The notes beneath the pieces were generated by a model that was given only the letters and a program-made list of their open reading frames with translations, searched no databases and was not told the DNA's origin. The position numbers and the translations under genes were made by a program. A DNA stretch of 64,000 nucleotides, taken from the NCBI GenBank assembly GCA_900756155.1, contig CAAEJV010000018.1:32251-96250 (forward strand). Reading direction: 5' to 3'. This stretch comes from Pasteurellaceae bacterium. Lineage in GTDB: Bacteria > Pseudomonadota > Gammaproteobacteria > Enterobacterales > Pasteurellaceae. Of this stretch, positions 50,043-64,000 are shown piece after piece (position 1 is the stretch's first letter; every line of letters begins with the position of its first letter).

Positions 50043-50702
50043 ATGGCACTTATTGAATACCATCCCCCTTTAGAACCATATTTAGATATTATCTATCAAG
50101 ATAATCATATCTGCGTGGTAAACAAACCGAGCGGTTTACTTTCAGTCCCTGGCAATCAGCCAGAATACTATGACAGTGCTATGAGCCGGGTGAAAGAGAA
50201 ATTTGGATTTTGTGAACCAGCACACCGTTTAGATATGGCCACTAGTGGGATTATTCTGTTTGCATTGAGTAAAGCAGCAGATAAAGAGTTGAAACGTCAA
50301 TTCCGTGAACGTGAGCCAAAAAAATATTATCAAGCATTAGTGTGGGGACACTTAGAACAAGATAGTGGGGAAATTAATCTTCCTATGATTTGTGATTGGG
50401 AAAATCGCCCACGCCAACGCATTGATTTTGTTTTCGGCAAAAGAGCGGTCACGTTTTATGAAGTTTTAGAACGGTTACCGACTAACTGCACTCGAGTTAA
50501 ACTAACACCAATCACAGGACGTTCGCACCAACTACGTTTGCATACGCTTGCACTTGGACATCCAATTTTAGGAGACAAGTTTTATTCTCACCCACAAGCT
50601 AAAGCGATGTCGCCTCGCCTATGCTTACATGCAGAAGAACTTACGATTACGCACCCTATCACAGGTGAAAAAATGACATTTAGAGCTGAAGCTGAATTTT
50701 AG
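50043..50702 (+). CDS. rluA: dual-specificity RNA pseudouridine synthase RluA
   Basis: Catalytic motif HRLDMATSG; 219 aa, immediately downstream of rapA. Confidence 0.88.
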   Translation: MALIEYHPPLEPYLDIIYQDNHICVVNKPSGLLSVPGNQPEYYDSAMSRVKEKFGFCEPAHRLDMATSGIILFALSKAADKELKRQFREREPKKYYQALVWGHLEQDSGEINLPMICDWENRPRQRIDFVFGKRAVTFYEVLERLPTNCTRVKLTPITGRSHQLRLHTLALGHPILGDKFYSHPQAKAMSPRLCLHAEELTITHPITGEKMTFRAEAEF

Positions 50703-50715
50703 GAAAGCAAGATAT

Positions 50716-50749
50716 AAAAAAGGCTCACTAATGTGAGCCTTTTTATTTT
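50716..50749. terminator. bidirectional terminator between rluA and rplQ
   Basis: aaaaaggctcac-taat-gtgagcctttttatttt. Confidence 0.65.
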
Positions 50750-50760
50750 ATAACAAATTA

Positions 50761-51168
<408 letters not shown>

Positions 51169-51184
51169 TTAACCTATGACCAAA

Positions 51185-52174
51185 CTAGTCTTCAGCAATA
51201 CTTGCTGGTGGCCAATTCTCAAGGCGCATACCAAGTGACAAGCCACGTGAAGCGAGAACGTCTTTAATTTCAGTAAGAGATTTCTTACCAAGATTAGGCG
51301 TTTTTAATAACTCAACTTCTGTACGTTGTACTAAGTCACCGATATAGTGAATTGTTTCTGCTTTCAAACAGTTAGCAGAACGAACTGTCAACTCTAAGTC
51401 ATCAACAGGACGTAATAAAATCGGATCAAATTCCGGTTTTTCTTCCTTGACTTCAGGTTGACGAACATCACGCAAATCAACGAATGCATCGAGTTGCTCT
51501 GCTAAAATTGTTGCTGCACGACGAATTGCTTCTTCCGGATCAATAGTCCCGTTAGTTTCTAACTCGATAACTAGTTTATCTAAGTCAGTACGTTGTTCAA
51601 CACGTGCTGCTTCAACATTGTAAGCAATACGGTCAACCGGGCTATAACAAGCATCTACTAATAAACGACCGATTGGACGATCTTCATTTTGTGAATGAGT
51701 ACGAGCAGATGCAGGTACATAACCTCTACCACGTTGAACACGAATACGCATATTAATAGATGCGTTTTCGTCTGTTAAGTGACAGATTACATGTGATGGA
51801 TTAACAATCTCAACATCACCATCGTGGGTGATATCTGCTGCAACAACAGGGCCAATTCCAGATTTATTTAATGTCAGAATAACATCATCTTTATTCTGTA
51901 CTTTAACCGCTAGACCTTTAAGGTTTAAAAGAACTTCAAGAATATCTTCCTGAACACCTTCTTTACTACTATATTCGTGCAGTACGCCATCAATTTCTAC
52001 TTCAGTTACAGCACAACCTGGCATTGAAGACAGAAGGATACGACGTAATGCATTCCCTAGAGTATGACCAAAGCCACGCTCTAACGGTTCTAAGATCACC
52101 TTAGCATGAGTAGAGCTAATTTGCTCGATATCTACTAAGCGTGGCTTTAAAAATTCTGTAACAGAACCCTGCAT
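51185..52174 (-). CDS. rpoA: DNA-directed RNA polymerase subunit alpha
   Basis: [18 protein letters not shown]...; 329 aa. Confidence 0.98.
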   Translation of the reverse strand: MQGSVTEFLKPRLVDIEQISSTHAKVILEPLERGFGHTLGNALRRILLSSMPGCAVTEVEIDGVLHEYSSKEGVQEDILEVLLNLKGLAVKVQNKDDVILTLNKSGIGPVVAADITHDGDVEIVNPSHVICHLTDENASINMRIRVQRGRGYVPASARTHSQNEDRPIGRLLVDACYSPVDRIAYNVEAARVEQRTDLDKLVIELETNGTIDPEEAIRRAATILAEQLDAFVDLRDVRQPEVKEEKPEFDPILLRPVDDLELTVRSANCLKAETIHYIGDLVQRTEVELLKTPNLGKKSLTEIKDVLASRGLSLGMRLENWPPASIAED

Positions 52175-52205
52175 TTTATCCTCTCTTTGCTTTTAAGCTT
52201 AACTA

Positions 52206-52826
52206 TTATTTAGAGTAAAGCTCAACGATCAGATGTTCGTTAATGTCTGCTGATAAATCAGAACGTTCAGGAACACGTTTGAACACACCTTCCATTTTTG
52301 CAGAATCAACTTCTAACCAAGTTGGTTTTTCTCTTTGTTCTGCTAATTCTAATGATGCTTTAATACGTGCTTGTTTTTTAGATTTCTCACGAACAGCAAC
52401 TACATCATTTACAGAAACTTGGAAAGATGGGATATTTACAACACGACCATTTACGACAATCGCTTTGTGGCTCACTAATTGACGAGCTTCTGCGCGAGTT
52501 GCAGCAAATCCCATGCGATAAACAACGTTATCCAATCTACCTTCTAATAATACTAGTAAGTTTTCACCAGTATTACCTTTTAAACGGTTTGCTTCTTTAT
52601 AGTAGTTACGGAATTGACGTTCTAAAATACCATAGATACGACGAACTTTTTGTTTTTCACGTAATTGACTACCATAGTCAGACAAACGCGGTTTACGAGC
52701 ACCGTGTTGACCTGGTGCTGTATCAATTTTACATTTTGAATCAATCGCACGCACACCTGATTTAAGGAATAAATCAGTGCCTTCACGACGGCTGAGCTTG
52801 AGTTTAGGGCCCAAATATCTTGCCAT
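52206..52826 (-). CDS. rpsD: 30S ribosomal protein S4
   Basis: [24 protein letters not shown]... Confidence 0.98.
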   Translation of the reverse strand: MARYLGPKLKLSRREGTDLFLKSGVRAIDSKCKIDTAPGQHGARKPRLSDYGSQLREKQKVRRIYGILERQFRNYYKEANRLKGNTGENLLVLLEGRLDNVVYRMGFAATRAEARQLVSHKAIVVNGRVVNIPSFQVSVNDVVAVREKSKKQARIKASLELAEQREKPTWLEVDSAKMEGVFKRVPERSDLSADINEHLIVELYSK

Positions 52827-52855
52827 TTTCTTTCTCCAACTATCCTATTACGCCA

Positions 52856-53248
<393 letters not shown>

Positions 53249-53261
53249 TTATTTACCCCGA

Positions 53262-53618
53262 CTATTTTTTGATCGGCTTACGTGGACCCTTACGGGTACG
53301 CGCATTAGTTTTAGTACGTTGACCACGTACCGGTAAACTACGACGATGACGTAAACCACGGTAACAACCTAAGTCTAAAAGACGTTTGATGTTTAGTGTT
53401 ACTTCACGACGTAAGTCACCTTCAACGGTAAATTTACCAACTTCGTCACGCAGTTTGTCAATCTGCTCTTCAGACAATTCGCTGATCTTAACATCTTCAG
53501 CAATACCCGCTGCAGCACAAATGCTTTTAGAACGAGTTTTACCGATACCGTAAATTGCAGTTAAAGCGATTACAGCGTGTTTGTGATCAGGAATGTTAAT
53601 GCCTGCAATACGGGCCAC
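53262..53618 (-). CDS. rpsM: 30S ribosomal protein S13
   Basis: [20 protein letters not shown]... Confidence 0.98.
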   Translation of the reverse strand: MARIAGINIPDHKHAVIALTAIYGIGKTRSKSICAAAGIAEDVKISELSEEQIDKLRDEVGKFTVEGDLRREVTLNIKRLLDLGCYRGLRHRRSLPVRGQRTKTNARTRKGPRKPIKK

Positions 53619-53679
53619 TATGCACTCCTATTATTTTAACTAATTTGGTATTCTGATCTTGAAAAGCCCGTTTTCAGGA

Positions 53680-53740
53680 TACTCAAACAGAATACCAAGG
53701 ACATAAATGAGTTGAGTAGTATAACTACTCAACCGGTTCT
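53680..53740 (-). promoter_or_regulatory. structured alpha-operon leader between rpmJ and rpsM (hairpin ggttgagtag-ttata-ctactcaacc), the likely region of S4 autoregulation and the alpha promoter
   Basis: A perfect 10-bp inverted repeat in the 140-bp rpmJ-rpsM spacer. Confidence 0.35.
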
Positions 53741-53759
53741 TTGCAAGAAGAAATGTTAA

Positions 53760-53873
53760 TTAACCTTGACGTTGTTTATGTTTAGGGTCGCTGCATAATA
53801 CGCGAACAACACCTTCACGTTTAACAATTTTACAGTTACGACACATCTTCTTAACGGAAGCACGAACTTTCAT
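53760..53873 (-). CDS. rpmJ: 50S ribosomal protein L36
   Basis: Not in the ORF track because it is under 60 aa. The minus-strand translation [37 protein letters not shown] matches L36, with the zinc ribbon C..C...C....H. Confidence 0.9.
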
Positions 53874-53901
53874 TGCTTATCCTTTTTACTTAAATGAACA
53901 A

Positions 53902-55227
53902 TTACTGTCCAAAACCTTTAAGGTTTGCTTTTTTTAACGCAGATTCATATTGAGACGACATTAAGTGACTCTGAACTTGCACGATAAAATCCATAATTAC
54001 AACAACAACGATTAATAAGGAAGTACCACCGAAGTAGAATTTAACATCCCATGCTGATGTCATAATATAAGGGACTAAACATACGAACGTTACATAAAGA
54101 CCGCCAATTAATGTTAAGCGAGTCATTACTTTATCAATGTAACGTGATGTTTGTTCACCTGGTCTAATTCCTGGGATAAATGCACCAGATTTTTTTAGAT
54201 TATCTGCTGTATCACGTGGATTATATTGCATCGCAGTATAGAAGAAACTGAAGAAAATAATCGCTACCGCATAAACAAGAAGATATAAAGGTTGTCCAGG
54301 ATTCAACAACATTGATAAGTCATTTAACCACTCAAACTTATCATTCTGACCAAACCATTGTGTCAATGTAGCTGGGAATAAAATAATGCTTGAAGCAAAA
54401 ATTGCTGGCATTACGTTTGCCATATTAACTTTTAATGGTAAGTGAGTTGAATGACCACCTAAAATTTGACGTCCTTGTTGACGCTTAGCATATTCAACAC
54501 GAATTCTACGTTGTCCACGTTCTACGAAGACAACAAAATAAGTTACTGCAAAAACAATAGCAGCGATTAGTAGAAGAACTAAAGGATGCATTTGTCCTTG
54601 ACGAGCTTGCTCAACTGTTTCGATGATTGCATGCGGCAATCCTGCAACAATACCACCAAAAACAAGAATTGAGATACCGTTACCAATACCTCTTTCAGTA
54701 ATTTGCTCACCTAACCACATTAAGAACATGGTTCCGGTAACAAGACTCACTACTGCAGTGAAGTAAAAAGTAAAACCGATATTTGGCACTAACTGTGGCA
54801 ACATATTCGGTAAACCGGTAGAAATTGCGATAGCTTGGATAGTAGCAAAAACCACCGTTGCATAACGAGTATACTTGGTGATTTTTCTTTGTCCTGCTGC
54901 ACCTTCTTTTTTCAATTCTGCTAAAGCAGGTGAAACCGTAGCAAGCAATTGCATCACAATAGATGCCGAGATATACGGCATAATACCTAATGCTAAAATT
55001 GATGCTCGGCTCAATGCACCACCAGAGAACATGTTTAACATATCAATGATGGTGCCTTTTTGTTGTTCAACTAATTGAGCTAGCACGGCGGCATCAATAC
55101 CAGGAAGCGGAATAAAAGAACCAATACGATAAACGATAAGTGCACCTAATACAAAAAGCAATCTGCTTTTTAGTTCACCAGTACCACTATTAGTACTTCT
55201 GCTTTGATAACCTGGTTGTTTAGCCAT
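53902..55227 (-). CDS. secY: protein translocase subunit SecY
   Basis: 441 aa with 10 TM helices, and a canonical SecY N-terminus. Confidence 0.98.
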   Translation of the reverse strand: MAKQPGYQSRSTNSGTGELKSRLLFVLGALIVYRIGSFIPLPGIDAAVLAQLVEQQKGTIIDMLNMFSGGALSRASILALGIMPYISASIVMQLLATVSPALAELKKEGAAGQRKITKYTRYATVVFATIQAIAISTGLPNMLPQLVPNIGFTFYFTAVVSLVTGTMFLMWLGEQITERGIGNGISILVFGGIVAGLPHAIIETVEQARQGQMHPLVLLLIAAIVFAVTYFVVFVERGQRRIRVEYAKRQQGRQILGGHSTHLPLKVNMANVMPAIFASSIILFPATLTQWFGQNDKFEWLNDLSMLLNPGQPLYLLVYAVAIIFFSFFYTAMQYNPRDTADNLKKSGAFIPGIRPGEQTSRYIDKVMTRLTLIGGLYVTFVCLVPYIMTSAWDVKFYFGGTSLLIVVVVIMDFIVQVQSHLMSSQYESALKKANLKGFGQ

Positions 55228-55234
55228 TTGCTAA

Positions 55235-55669
55235 TTATTCCTCAACTGAACCGCCAGCAGCTTCGATTGCTGCTTTTGCACCTTTAGTTACACGTAATCC
55301 ACGTACAGTAACTGCAGATTTCACTTCACCAGCTAAGATAACTTTAGCGAATTGAATATCTTTAGTTAAAATGTTTGCAGCTTTTAATGCTTCTAAAGTG
55401 ACAACATTTCCTTCAACTTTTGTTAATTCGTTTAAACGAACTTCAGCAGTTACCGCTGATTTCATTGAAGTAAAACCAAATTTTGGTAAACGACGGTATA
55501 ATGGCATTTGGCCACCCTCGAAACCACGACGAACACCGCCGCCAGTACGAGATTTTTGACCTTTATGACCACGACCACCAGTTTTTCCTAAACCTGAACC
55601 AATACCACGACCAAGGCGTTTTGCGCTGTGCTTAGCACCTTCAGCCGGAGATAGAGTATTTAAACGCAT
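55235..55669 (-). CDS. rplO: 50S ribosomal protein L15
   Basis: [38 protein letters not shown]... Confidence 0.98.
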   Translation of the reverse strand: MRLNTLSPAEGAKHSAKRLGRGIGSGLGKTGGRGHKGQKSRTGGGVRRGFEGGQMPLYRRLPKFGFTSMKSAVTAEVRLNELTKVEGNVVTLEALKAANILTKDIQFAKVILAGEVKSAVTVRGLRVTKGAKAAIEAAGGSVEE

Positions 55670-55673
55670 TCTC

Positions 55674-55853
55674 TTACTCCTCCACTTTAACCATGTATGA
55701 AACTTGGTTAATCATACCACGTACTGCCGGAGTATCGATTAACTCAACAGTATGGTGCATATGGCGAAGACCAAGACCACGCAAGGTAGCTTTGTGCTTC
55801 GGTAAGCGAGCAATTGAGCTACGAACTTGAGTTACTTTAATAGTTTTAGCCAT
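55674..55853 (-). CDS. rpmD: 50S ribosomal protein L30
   Basis: [30 protein letters not shown]...; the start is trimmed from the track ORF to match L30. Confidence 0.95.
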
Positions 55854-55859
55854 TATCAA

Positions 55860-56366
<507 letters not shown>

Positions 56367-56374
56367 TTACCTCA

Positions 56375-56728
56375 TTAGAACTGTAGACCAGCTTCACGTG
56401 CAGCGTCCGCTAAAGTTTGGACACGACCATGATATTTAAAACCGGAACGGTCAAAAGCAACGTCTTTAACGCCTTTTGCTAATGCGCGCTCAGCAACAAG
56501 TTTACCTACTACTGCTGCGGCATCTTTATTACCGGTATATTTAACTTGCTCACGAATTGCTTTTTCAACAGTTGAAGCAGCGGCAAGCACTTCTGAACCG
56601 TTTGGTGCAATAACTTGTGCGTAGATATGACGCGGAGTACGGTGAATAACTAGACGAGTTACACCTTGCTCTCTCATCATATGACGTGCACGAGCTGCAC
56701 GACGGATACGAGCTGATTTCTTATCCAT
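56375..56728 (-). CDS. rplR: 50S ribosomal protein L18
   Basis: [16 protein letters not shown]... Confidence 0.98.
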   Translation of the reverse strand: MDKKSARIRRAARARHMMREQGVTRLVIHRTPRHIYAQVIAPNGSEVLAAASTVEKAIREQVKYTGNKDAAAVVGKLVAERALAKGVKDVAFDRSGFKYHGRVQTLADAAREAGLQF

Positions 56729-56741
56729 AGTGTTACCTTAA

Positions 56742-57275
56742 TTATTTCTTCTTAGCCTCTTTCATACGTACTACTTCATCAGAGTAACGTACACCTTTAC
56801 CTTTATAAGGTTCAGGACGGCGATAAGCACGAATATCTGCTGCAACTTGACCAATTAACTGCTTATCAGCACCTTTTAAAACGATTTCCGTTTGTGAAGG
56901 GCATTCAGCAGTAATACCTGCTGGTAAAGTGTGCTCCACAGGGTGAGAGAAACCTAAGCTTAATGCAACTACGTTGCCTTTAACTTGAGCTCTGTAACCA
57001 ACACCCACTAGTTGTAATTTCTTAGTGAAGCCTTCAGTAACACCGATAACCATTGCATTAACTAATGCACGAGCTGTACCCGATTGAGCATTCGCTTCAA
57101 CAAAACCTTCACGTGGAGTGAAAGTAAATTGACCATTATCTTGTTTAACTTCAACTGAGTGATGAATTGTGCGAGATAACTCGCCATTTTTTCCTTTTAC
57201 TGTTAATAGCTGACCGTCGAGTTTAACTTCAACGCCGGCAGGAATATTAACAGGTGCCTTTGCAACACGAGACAT
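56742..57275 (-). CDS. rplF: 50S ribosomal protein L6
   Basis: [17 protein letters not shown]... Confidence 0.98.
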   Translation of the reverse strand: MSRVAKAPVNIPAGVEVKLDGQLLTVKGKNGELSRTIHHSVEVKQDNGQFTFTPREGFVEANAQSGTARALVNAMVIGVTEGFTKKLQLVGVGYRAQVKGNVVALSLGFSHPVEHTLPAGITAECPSQTEIVLKGADKQLIGQVAADIRAYRRPEPYKGKGVRYSDEVVRMKEAKKK

Positions 57276-57290
57276 TTTCCTACCCCTCTA

Positions 57291-57683
57291 TTAAGCTACG
57301 TAACAGATGATCTCACCGCCTAAGCCCGCTTGACGAGCTGCACGGTCAGTCATAACACCTTTAGATGTAGAAATTACAGCAACACCTAAACCACCCATAA
57401 CTTTTGGTAATTCGTCTTTACGTTTGTAAATACGAAGACCAGGACGGCTTACACGTTGGATGCTTTCTACAACCGGTTTGCCTTGGAAATATTTTAAAGT
57501 AATTTCCAATTCAGGTTTTGCACCTTCTAAAACTTTAACGCTTTCGATATAACCTTCAGCAGCTAATACATTGGCAATTGCCACTTTTAGCTTGGAAGAA
57601 GGCATATTGATTGCAACTTTGTTCGCAGCTTGACCGTTACGAATACGGGTCAACATATCTGCGATTGGATCTTGCATACTCAT
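57291..57683 (-). CDS. rpsH: 30S ribosomal protein S8
   Basis: [18 protein letters not shown]... Confidence 0.98.
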   Translation of the reverse strand: MSMQDPIADMLTRIRNGQAANKVAINMPSSKLKVAIANVLAAEGYIESVKVLEGAKPELEITLKYFQGKPVVESIQRVSRPGLRIYKRKDELPKVMGGLGVAVISTSKGVMTDRAARQAGLGGEIICYVA

Positions 57684-57719
57684 TGTACTTTTTCTCCGAT
57701 TCCAAAATAAAGTGGTATA

Positions 57720-58905
<1,186 letters not shown>

Positions 58906-58918
58906 TTCTCACTTCTCC

Positions 58919-59293
<375 letters not shown>

Positions 59294-59446
59294 TTATGCT
59301 CCGTTAAGTTAATAATACACCCTTGCGGGACGAACCTATCCATGCCTTATAAAGATATATGGCGGATAGGTGGCGGAGTTTACCAAAATCAAGCTAGAAA
59401 CGCAATCAAAATTTTATGCTTAAATTAGCCTATTTAAAGTGCGGTC

Positions 59447-59455
59447 AAATTTTTA
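59447..59455 (+). repeat. Hin-type USS core in the spc-operon promoter region
   Basis: Sequence aaagtgcggtcaaatttt. Confidence 0.7.
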
Positions 59456-59475
59456 TGACTTTTTAGCAAGTCTTG

Positions 59476-59518
59476 GAAAGAAAAAAGCCAACGGTATAAC
59501 CATTGGCTTTTATTTTTT
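59476..59518 (-). terminator. S10-operon terminator downstream of rpsQ (minus strand)
   Basis: Minus-strand RNA reads aaagccaatgg-ttata-ccgttggcttt then ttttctttcc. The spc-operon promoter region follows (59291-59475), containing one USS. Confidence 0.6.
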
Positions 59519-59528
59519 AACTTGTTAA

Positions 59529-59786
59529 TTAAGCAATAACTGCTTTCTCAACAACACGAACTAAAGTCCAAGATTTGGTTTTAGAGAGAGGACGACATTC
59601 GCGAATCTCTACTACATCACCTAATTTGGCTTCGTTGTTCTCATCGTGTACGTGTAATTTAGTTGTACGACGGATAAATTTACCGTATAACGGGTGTTTT
59701 ACCTTACGTTCAATAGCAACAACGAAAGATTTTTCCATTTTGTCGCTAACAACTTTACCTTGTACGCTACGAATTTTATCAGTCAT
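59529..59786 (-). CDS. rpsQ: 30S ribosomal protein S17
   Basis: [20 protein letters not shown]... Confidence 0.98.
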   Translation of the reverse strand: MTDKIRSVQGKVVSDKMEKSFVVAIERKVKHPLYGKFIRRTTKLHVHDENNEAKLGDVVEIRECRPLSKTKSWTLVRVVEKAVIA

Positions 59787-59976
59787 TACTCACCCGCCTT
59801 CTCAGTTAAAATGGTTTTAACACGTGCGATATCACGACGCACTTGTTTAGCCTGATGGGTTTGTTGAAGCTGACCGGTGGCTGTTTGCATACGCAATTTG
59901 AATTGTTCACCTAAAAGGTTCACTAACTCATTATTCAGCTCTTCAACACTTTTTGTACGTAAATCTTGAGCTTTCA

Positions 59977-59977
<1 letters not shown>
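59786..59977 (-). CDS. rpmC: 50S ribosomal protein L29
   Basis: [18 protein letters not shown]... Confidence 0.97.
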
Positions 59978-60387
<410 letters not shown>

Positions 60388-60400
60388 TTAGCGTTTCTCC

Positions 60401-61108
60401 TTACTTACGACCTTTGCCACGTGGAGCCTTTTTAGGCTTGTCGGCAGGTTGTTGTTCTGATTGCGCAACTGCAGCCATTCCACCCAAAATTTCACCTTTG
60501 AAGATCCATACTTTAACGCCGATTACGCCGTATGTAGTATGAGCTTCTGCAGTGTTATAATCGATGTCCGCACGAAGAGTATGTAGAGGTACACGACCTT
60601 CACGATACCATTCAGAACGTGCGATTTCTGCACCACCTAAACGACCGCTAACTTCAACTTTGATACCTTTAGCACCTAAACGCATTGCGCTTTGTACCGC
60701 ACGTTTCATAGCACGACGGAACATTACACGACGTTCTAATTGAGAAGCGATGCTGTCTGCAACTAATTTTGCATCTAATTCCGGTTTTTTCACTTCAGCA
60801 ATGTTGATTTGAGCCGGAACGCCAGCGATTTGAGATACTGCGTTACGTAATTTTTCAACATCTTCACCTTTTTTACCGATAACGATACCAGGGCGAGCTG
60901 TGTGAATTGTTACACGAATACTTTTCGCTGGACGCTCAATAGTAATACGTGAAACCGAAGCGTTTGCTAATTCTTTAGTTAAGAATTTGCGTACTTTGAA
61001 GTCACCGTCAAGATTGTCGGCGAAATCTTGTGTATTCGCGAACCAAGTAGAGTTCCAAGGTTTTACAATACCTAGGCGAATACCATTTGGATTTACTTTT
61101 TGACCCAT
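60401..61108 (-). CDS. rpsC: 30S ribosomal protein S3
   Basis: [24 protein letters not shown]... Confidence 0.98.
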   Translation of the reverse strand: MGQKVNPNGIRLGIVKPWNSTWFANTQDFADNLDGDFKVRKFLTKELANASVSRITIERPAKSIRVTIHTARPGIVIGKKGEDVEKLRNAVSQIAGVPAQINIAEVKKPELDAKLVADSIASQLERRVMFRRAMKRAVQSAMRLGAKGIKVEVSGRLGGAEIARSEWYREGRVPLHTLRADIDYNTAEAHTTYGVIGVKVWIFKGEILGGMAAVAQSEQQPADKPKKAPRGKGRK

Positions 61109-61125
61109 TGCTATTCCTCTACTTA

Positions 61126-61458
<333 letters not shown>

Positions 61459-61469
61459 CTATTTACCTC

Positions 61470-61748
<279 letters not shown>

Positions 61749-61769
61749 TTATCCTCTTATTAATTTAAA

Positions 61770-62591
61770 TTATTTGCCACGACGACGTACGATATATTTA
61801 TCAGTACGTTTGTTGTGACGAGTTTTCTTACCTTTAGTTTGAACGCCCCAAGGAGTTACTGGGTGTTTACCAAAGTTACGACCTTCACCACCACCGTGTG
61901 GGTGATCTACTGGGTTCATTGCAGTACCACGAACTGTAGGGCGAATGCCTCTCCAGCGGTTAGCACCAGCTTTACCCAATACGCGAAGCATATGTTCTGA
62001 GTTACCAACTTCACCGATTGTAGCAACACATTCAGCTAATACTTTACGCATTTCGCCTGAACGTAAACGTAAAGTTACGTAGTTGCCTTCACGAGCGATG
62101 ATTTGTACATAAGCACCAGCAGAACGAGCGATTTGACCGCCCTTACCTGGTTTTAATTCAACGTTATGTACTGTTGAACCAACTGGGATATTACGCATTG
62201 GTAATGAGTTACCCACTTTAATTGGTGAGTTAACGCCAGATTGGATTTGATCGCCAACTGACAAACCTTTAGGTGCTAAGATATAACGGCGTTCACCATC
62301 TTTATAAAGCACTAAAGCAATGTTAGCTGAACGGTTTGGATCATATTCTAAACGTTCAACAACCGCTGGGATATCTAACTTGTTACGTTTGAAATCGATT
62401 AAACGGTAATGTTGTTTATGACCACCACCGATGTGGCGAGTGGTAATACGACCATAATTGTTACGACCACCAGTTTTAGATTTAGTATCTAGAAGAGGCG
62501 CGTAAGGTTTCCCCTTGTATAATTCAGGGTTCACGATTTTAACAACGTGACGACGACCAGCGGAGGTCGGCTTACATTTAACGATAGCCAT
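61770..62591 (-). CDS. rplB: 50S ribosomal protein L2
   Basis: [20 protein letters not shown]... Confidence 0.98.
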   Translation of the reverse strand: MAIVKCKPTSAGRRHVVKIVNPELYKGKPYAPLLDTKSKTGGRNNYGRITTRHIGGGHKQHYRLIDFKRNKLDIPAVVERLEYDPNRSANIALVLYKDGERRYILAPKGLSVGDQIQSGVNSPIKVGNSLPMRNIPVGSTVHNVELKPGKGGQIARSAGAYVQIIAREGNYVTLRLRSGEMRKVLAECVATIGEVGNSEHMLRVLGKAGANRWRGIRPTVRGTAMNPVDHPHGGGEGRNFGKHPVTPWGVQTKGKKTRHNKRTDKYIVRRRGK

Positions 62592-62608
62592 TCTCTAATT
62601 TCCTCCGA

Positions 62609-62908
62609 TTACTCTGCACTGTCCACGAAGTCCAAGTTTTGGCCTTCGGCTAAAGTTACATAAGCTTTTTTCCAGTCGCTGCGACGACCCATTTTGTTAC
62701 CACGGCGTTTAGTTTTACCTTTAACAACCACAGTACGAACTGAGTCAACTTTTACTTCAAATAATTGAGCAACAGCAGCAGCAATTTCAGCTTTGTTCGC
62801 ATCTAAAGCAACTTTAAGTACAACAGTGTTAGATTTTTCAGCATTGTTAGTTGCTTTTTCAGAGATGTGCGGTGCACGTAGCACGCTTAGCAAACGTTCT
62901 TGACTCAT
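62609..62908 (-). CDS. rplW: 50S ribosomal protein L23
   Basis: [19 protein letters not shown]... Confidence 0.98.
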   Translation of the reverse strand: MSQERLLSVLRAPHISEKATNNAEKSNTVVLKVALDANKAEIAAAVAQLFEVKVDSVRTVVVKGKTKRRGNKMGRRSDWKKAYVTLAEGQNLDFVDSAE

Positions 62909-63507
62909 GCTAGGATCTCCTCAATTTGTTTCACAGCGTCAACAGTAACAATCACTTTATCGAAAGCGATTAAGCTAACTGGATCGATACCTTGAACATC
63001 ACGTACATCAACTTTATATAAGTTACGTGCTGCTAAGAATAGATTTTCATCTAAACTTGCTGTGATAATTAACGCATCTTCAACTGCTAAATCTTTTAAT
63101 TTTTGTACTAATACTTTAGTTTTTGGTGCATCTAATTCGAATTTTTCAACAACAACCAAACGGTCTTGACGAACTAATTCAGAAAGAATGCTTTTGATAG
63201 CACCACGGTACATTTTCTTGTTCACTTTTTGGCTGTGATCTTGTGGTTTAGCCGCGAAGGTTGTACCACCAGAACGCCAGATTGGTGATTTGATATCACC
63301 AGAACGAGCACGACCTGTACCTTTTTGACGCCAAGGTTTTTTACCTGAACCAGACACTTCAGCACGAGTTTTTTGCGCACGAGTACCTTGACGAGCACCT
63401 GCTGCATAAGCAACAACAACTTGGTGAATCAAAGCTTCGTTAAACTCACGTCCGAAGGTAGTTTCAGAAACAGTTAGTGCGTTTGCACCTACAACTTGTA
63501 ATTCCAT
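62905..63507 (-). CDS. rplD: 50S ribosomal protein L4
   Basis: [42 protein letters not shown]... Confidence 0.98.
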   Translation of the reverse strand: MELQVVGANALTVSETTFGREFNEALIHQVVVAYAAGARQGTRAQKTRAEVSGSGKKPWRQKGTGRARSGDIKSPIWRSGGTTFAAKPQDHSQKVNKKMYRGAIKSILSELVRQDRLVVVEKFELDAPKTKVLVQKLKDLAVEDALIITASLDENLFLAARNLYKVDVRDVQGIDPVSLIAFDKVIVTVDAVKQIEEILA

Positions 63508-63522
63508 CTCTATCTCCTAGAC

Positions 63523-64000
63523 TTATGCTTTAACTGCCGGCTTAACGATAACATCGCCATTGATAGCACCAGGTACAGAACCTTTTACTAATAGCAATTT
63601 ACGTTCAGCATCTACACGAACAACTTCAAGTGATTGAACGGTTACACGCTCAGCACCTAAATGTCCTGCCATTTTTTTACCTTTAAACACACGACCTGGA
63701 GTTTGGTTTTGACCAATAGAACCAAGTACACGATGTGATAAAGAGTTACCGTGTGTAGCATCTTGAGTACGGAAGTTCCAACGTTTAACACCACCTTGGA
63801 AACCTTTACCTTTAGAAGTACCAGTAACATCTACTTTTTTAACATCTGCAAAGATGTCAACATTGATTTCTTGACCTAAAGTGAATTCTTCACCTTCAGT
63901 ACGAAATTCCCATAAACCGCGACCAGCTTCAACACCTGCTTTCACGAAATGGCCTGCTTCAGGTTTAGTTACACGATTCGCTTTTTTAGAACCAGTAGTA
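63523..64000 (-). CDS. rplC: 50S ribosomal protein L3, N-terminus beyond window edge
   Basis: C-terminal about 159 aa of L3 (...[28 protein letters not shown]...). The reading frame stays open to position 64000. Confidence 0.95.
   Translation of the reverse strand, partial: TTGSKKANRVTKPEAGHFVKAGVEAGRGLWEFRTEGEEFTLGQEINVDIFADVKKVDVTGTSKGKGFQGGVKRWNFRTQDATHGNSLSHRVLGSIGQNQTPGRVFKGKKMAGHLGAERVTVQSLEVVRVDAERKLLLVKGSVPGAINGDVIVKPAVKA

Overview
This 64 kb window looks like chromosomal DNA from a Pasteurellaceae genome (Haemophilus/Aggregatibacter-like). The evidence is the dense Hin-type uptake signal sequence AAGTGCGGT, often in inverted pairs that form intergenic terminator hairpins, plus AT-rich coding sequence, an OmpP2-like porin and the gene order. 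Most of the window is conserved core chromosome, with a few accessory insertions.

**Core genes, in order along the window**
- pgaC (5' end cut by the window edge) and a short pgaD-like gene.
- pckA, then hslO.
- An LPS inner-core heptose operon on the minus strand: thioredoxin-like protein, hldD, waaF, a hypothetical gene, an eamA-type transporter, and waaC.
- proS, nlpD, surE, truD, rraB, slyD, hslVU, aphA, rmuC, yqhA, hslR, nudE, an OPT-family transporter, cysQ.
- The pentose-phosphate genes zwf and pgl, then gnd about 5.3 kb further on.
- srmB, trmN6 (yfiC), pnuC, rapA, rluA.
- A complete run of the alpha, spc and S10 ribosomal-protein operons on the minus strand, from rplQ to rplC (rplC is cut by the window edge), including secY and rpmJ. 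The ORF track missed rpmJ.

**Accessory content**
- A roughly 4.2 kb AT-rich deoxyribose-utilisation module of Salmonella deoQ/deoKPX type sits next to deoC. A CRP-like operator lies in its divergent promoter region.
- A variable island is wedged between pgl and gnd (about 36.8-42.0 kb). It contains three tandem paralogous genes for secreted Cys-containing proteins of unknown function (about 345 aa each), including their spacers. After these come a GNAT acetyltransferase, a two-gene cassette (lipoprotein plus small protein) flanked by a roughly 156 bp direct duplication of the GNAT 3' end (the second copy is a pseudogene fragment), a cluster of alternative hairpins, and an orphan 132-aa ORF.
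- Smaller items: an esterase inserted between pckA and hslO, a YcxB-like hypothetical gene inside the heptose operon, a mini-lipoprotein that copies the NlpD N-terminus, and a SlyD with an unusually long His/Cys-rich tail.

I found no CRISPR array, transposase, integrase, tRNA or rRNA in the window. All functional calls come from motifs I recognised in the translations; I ran no database search.
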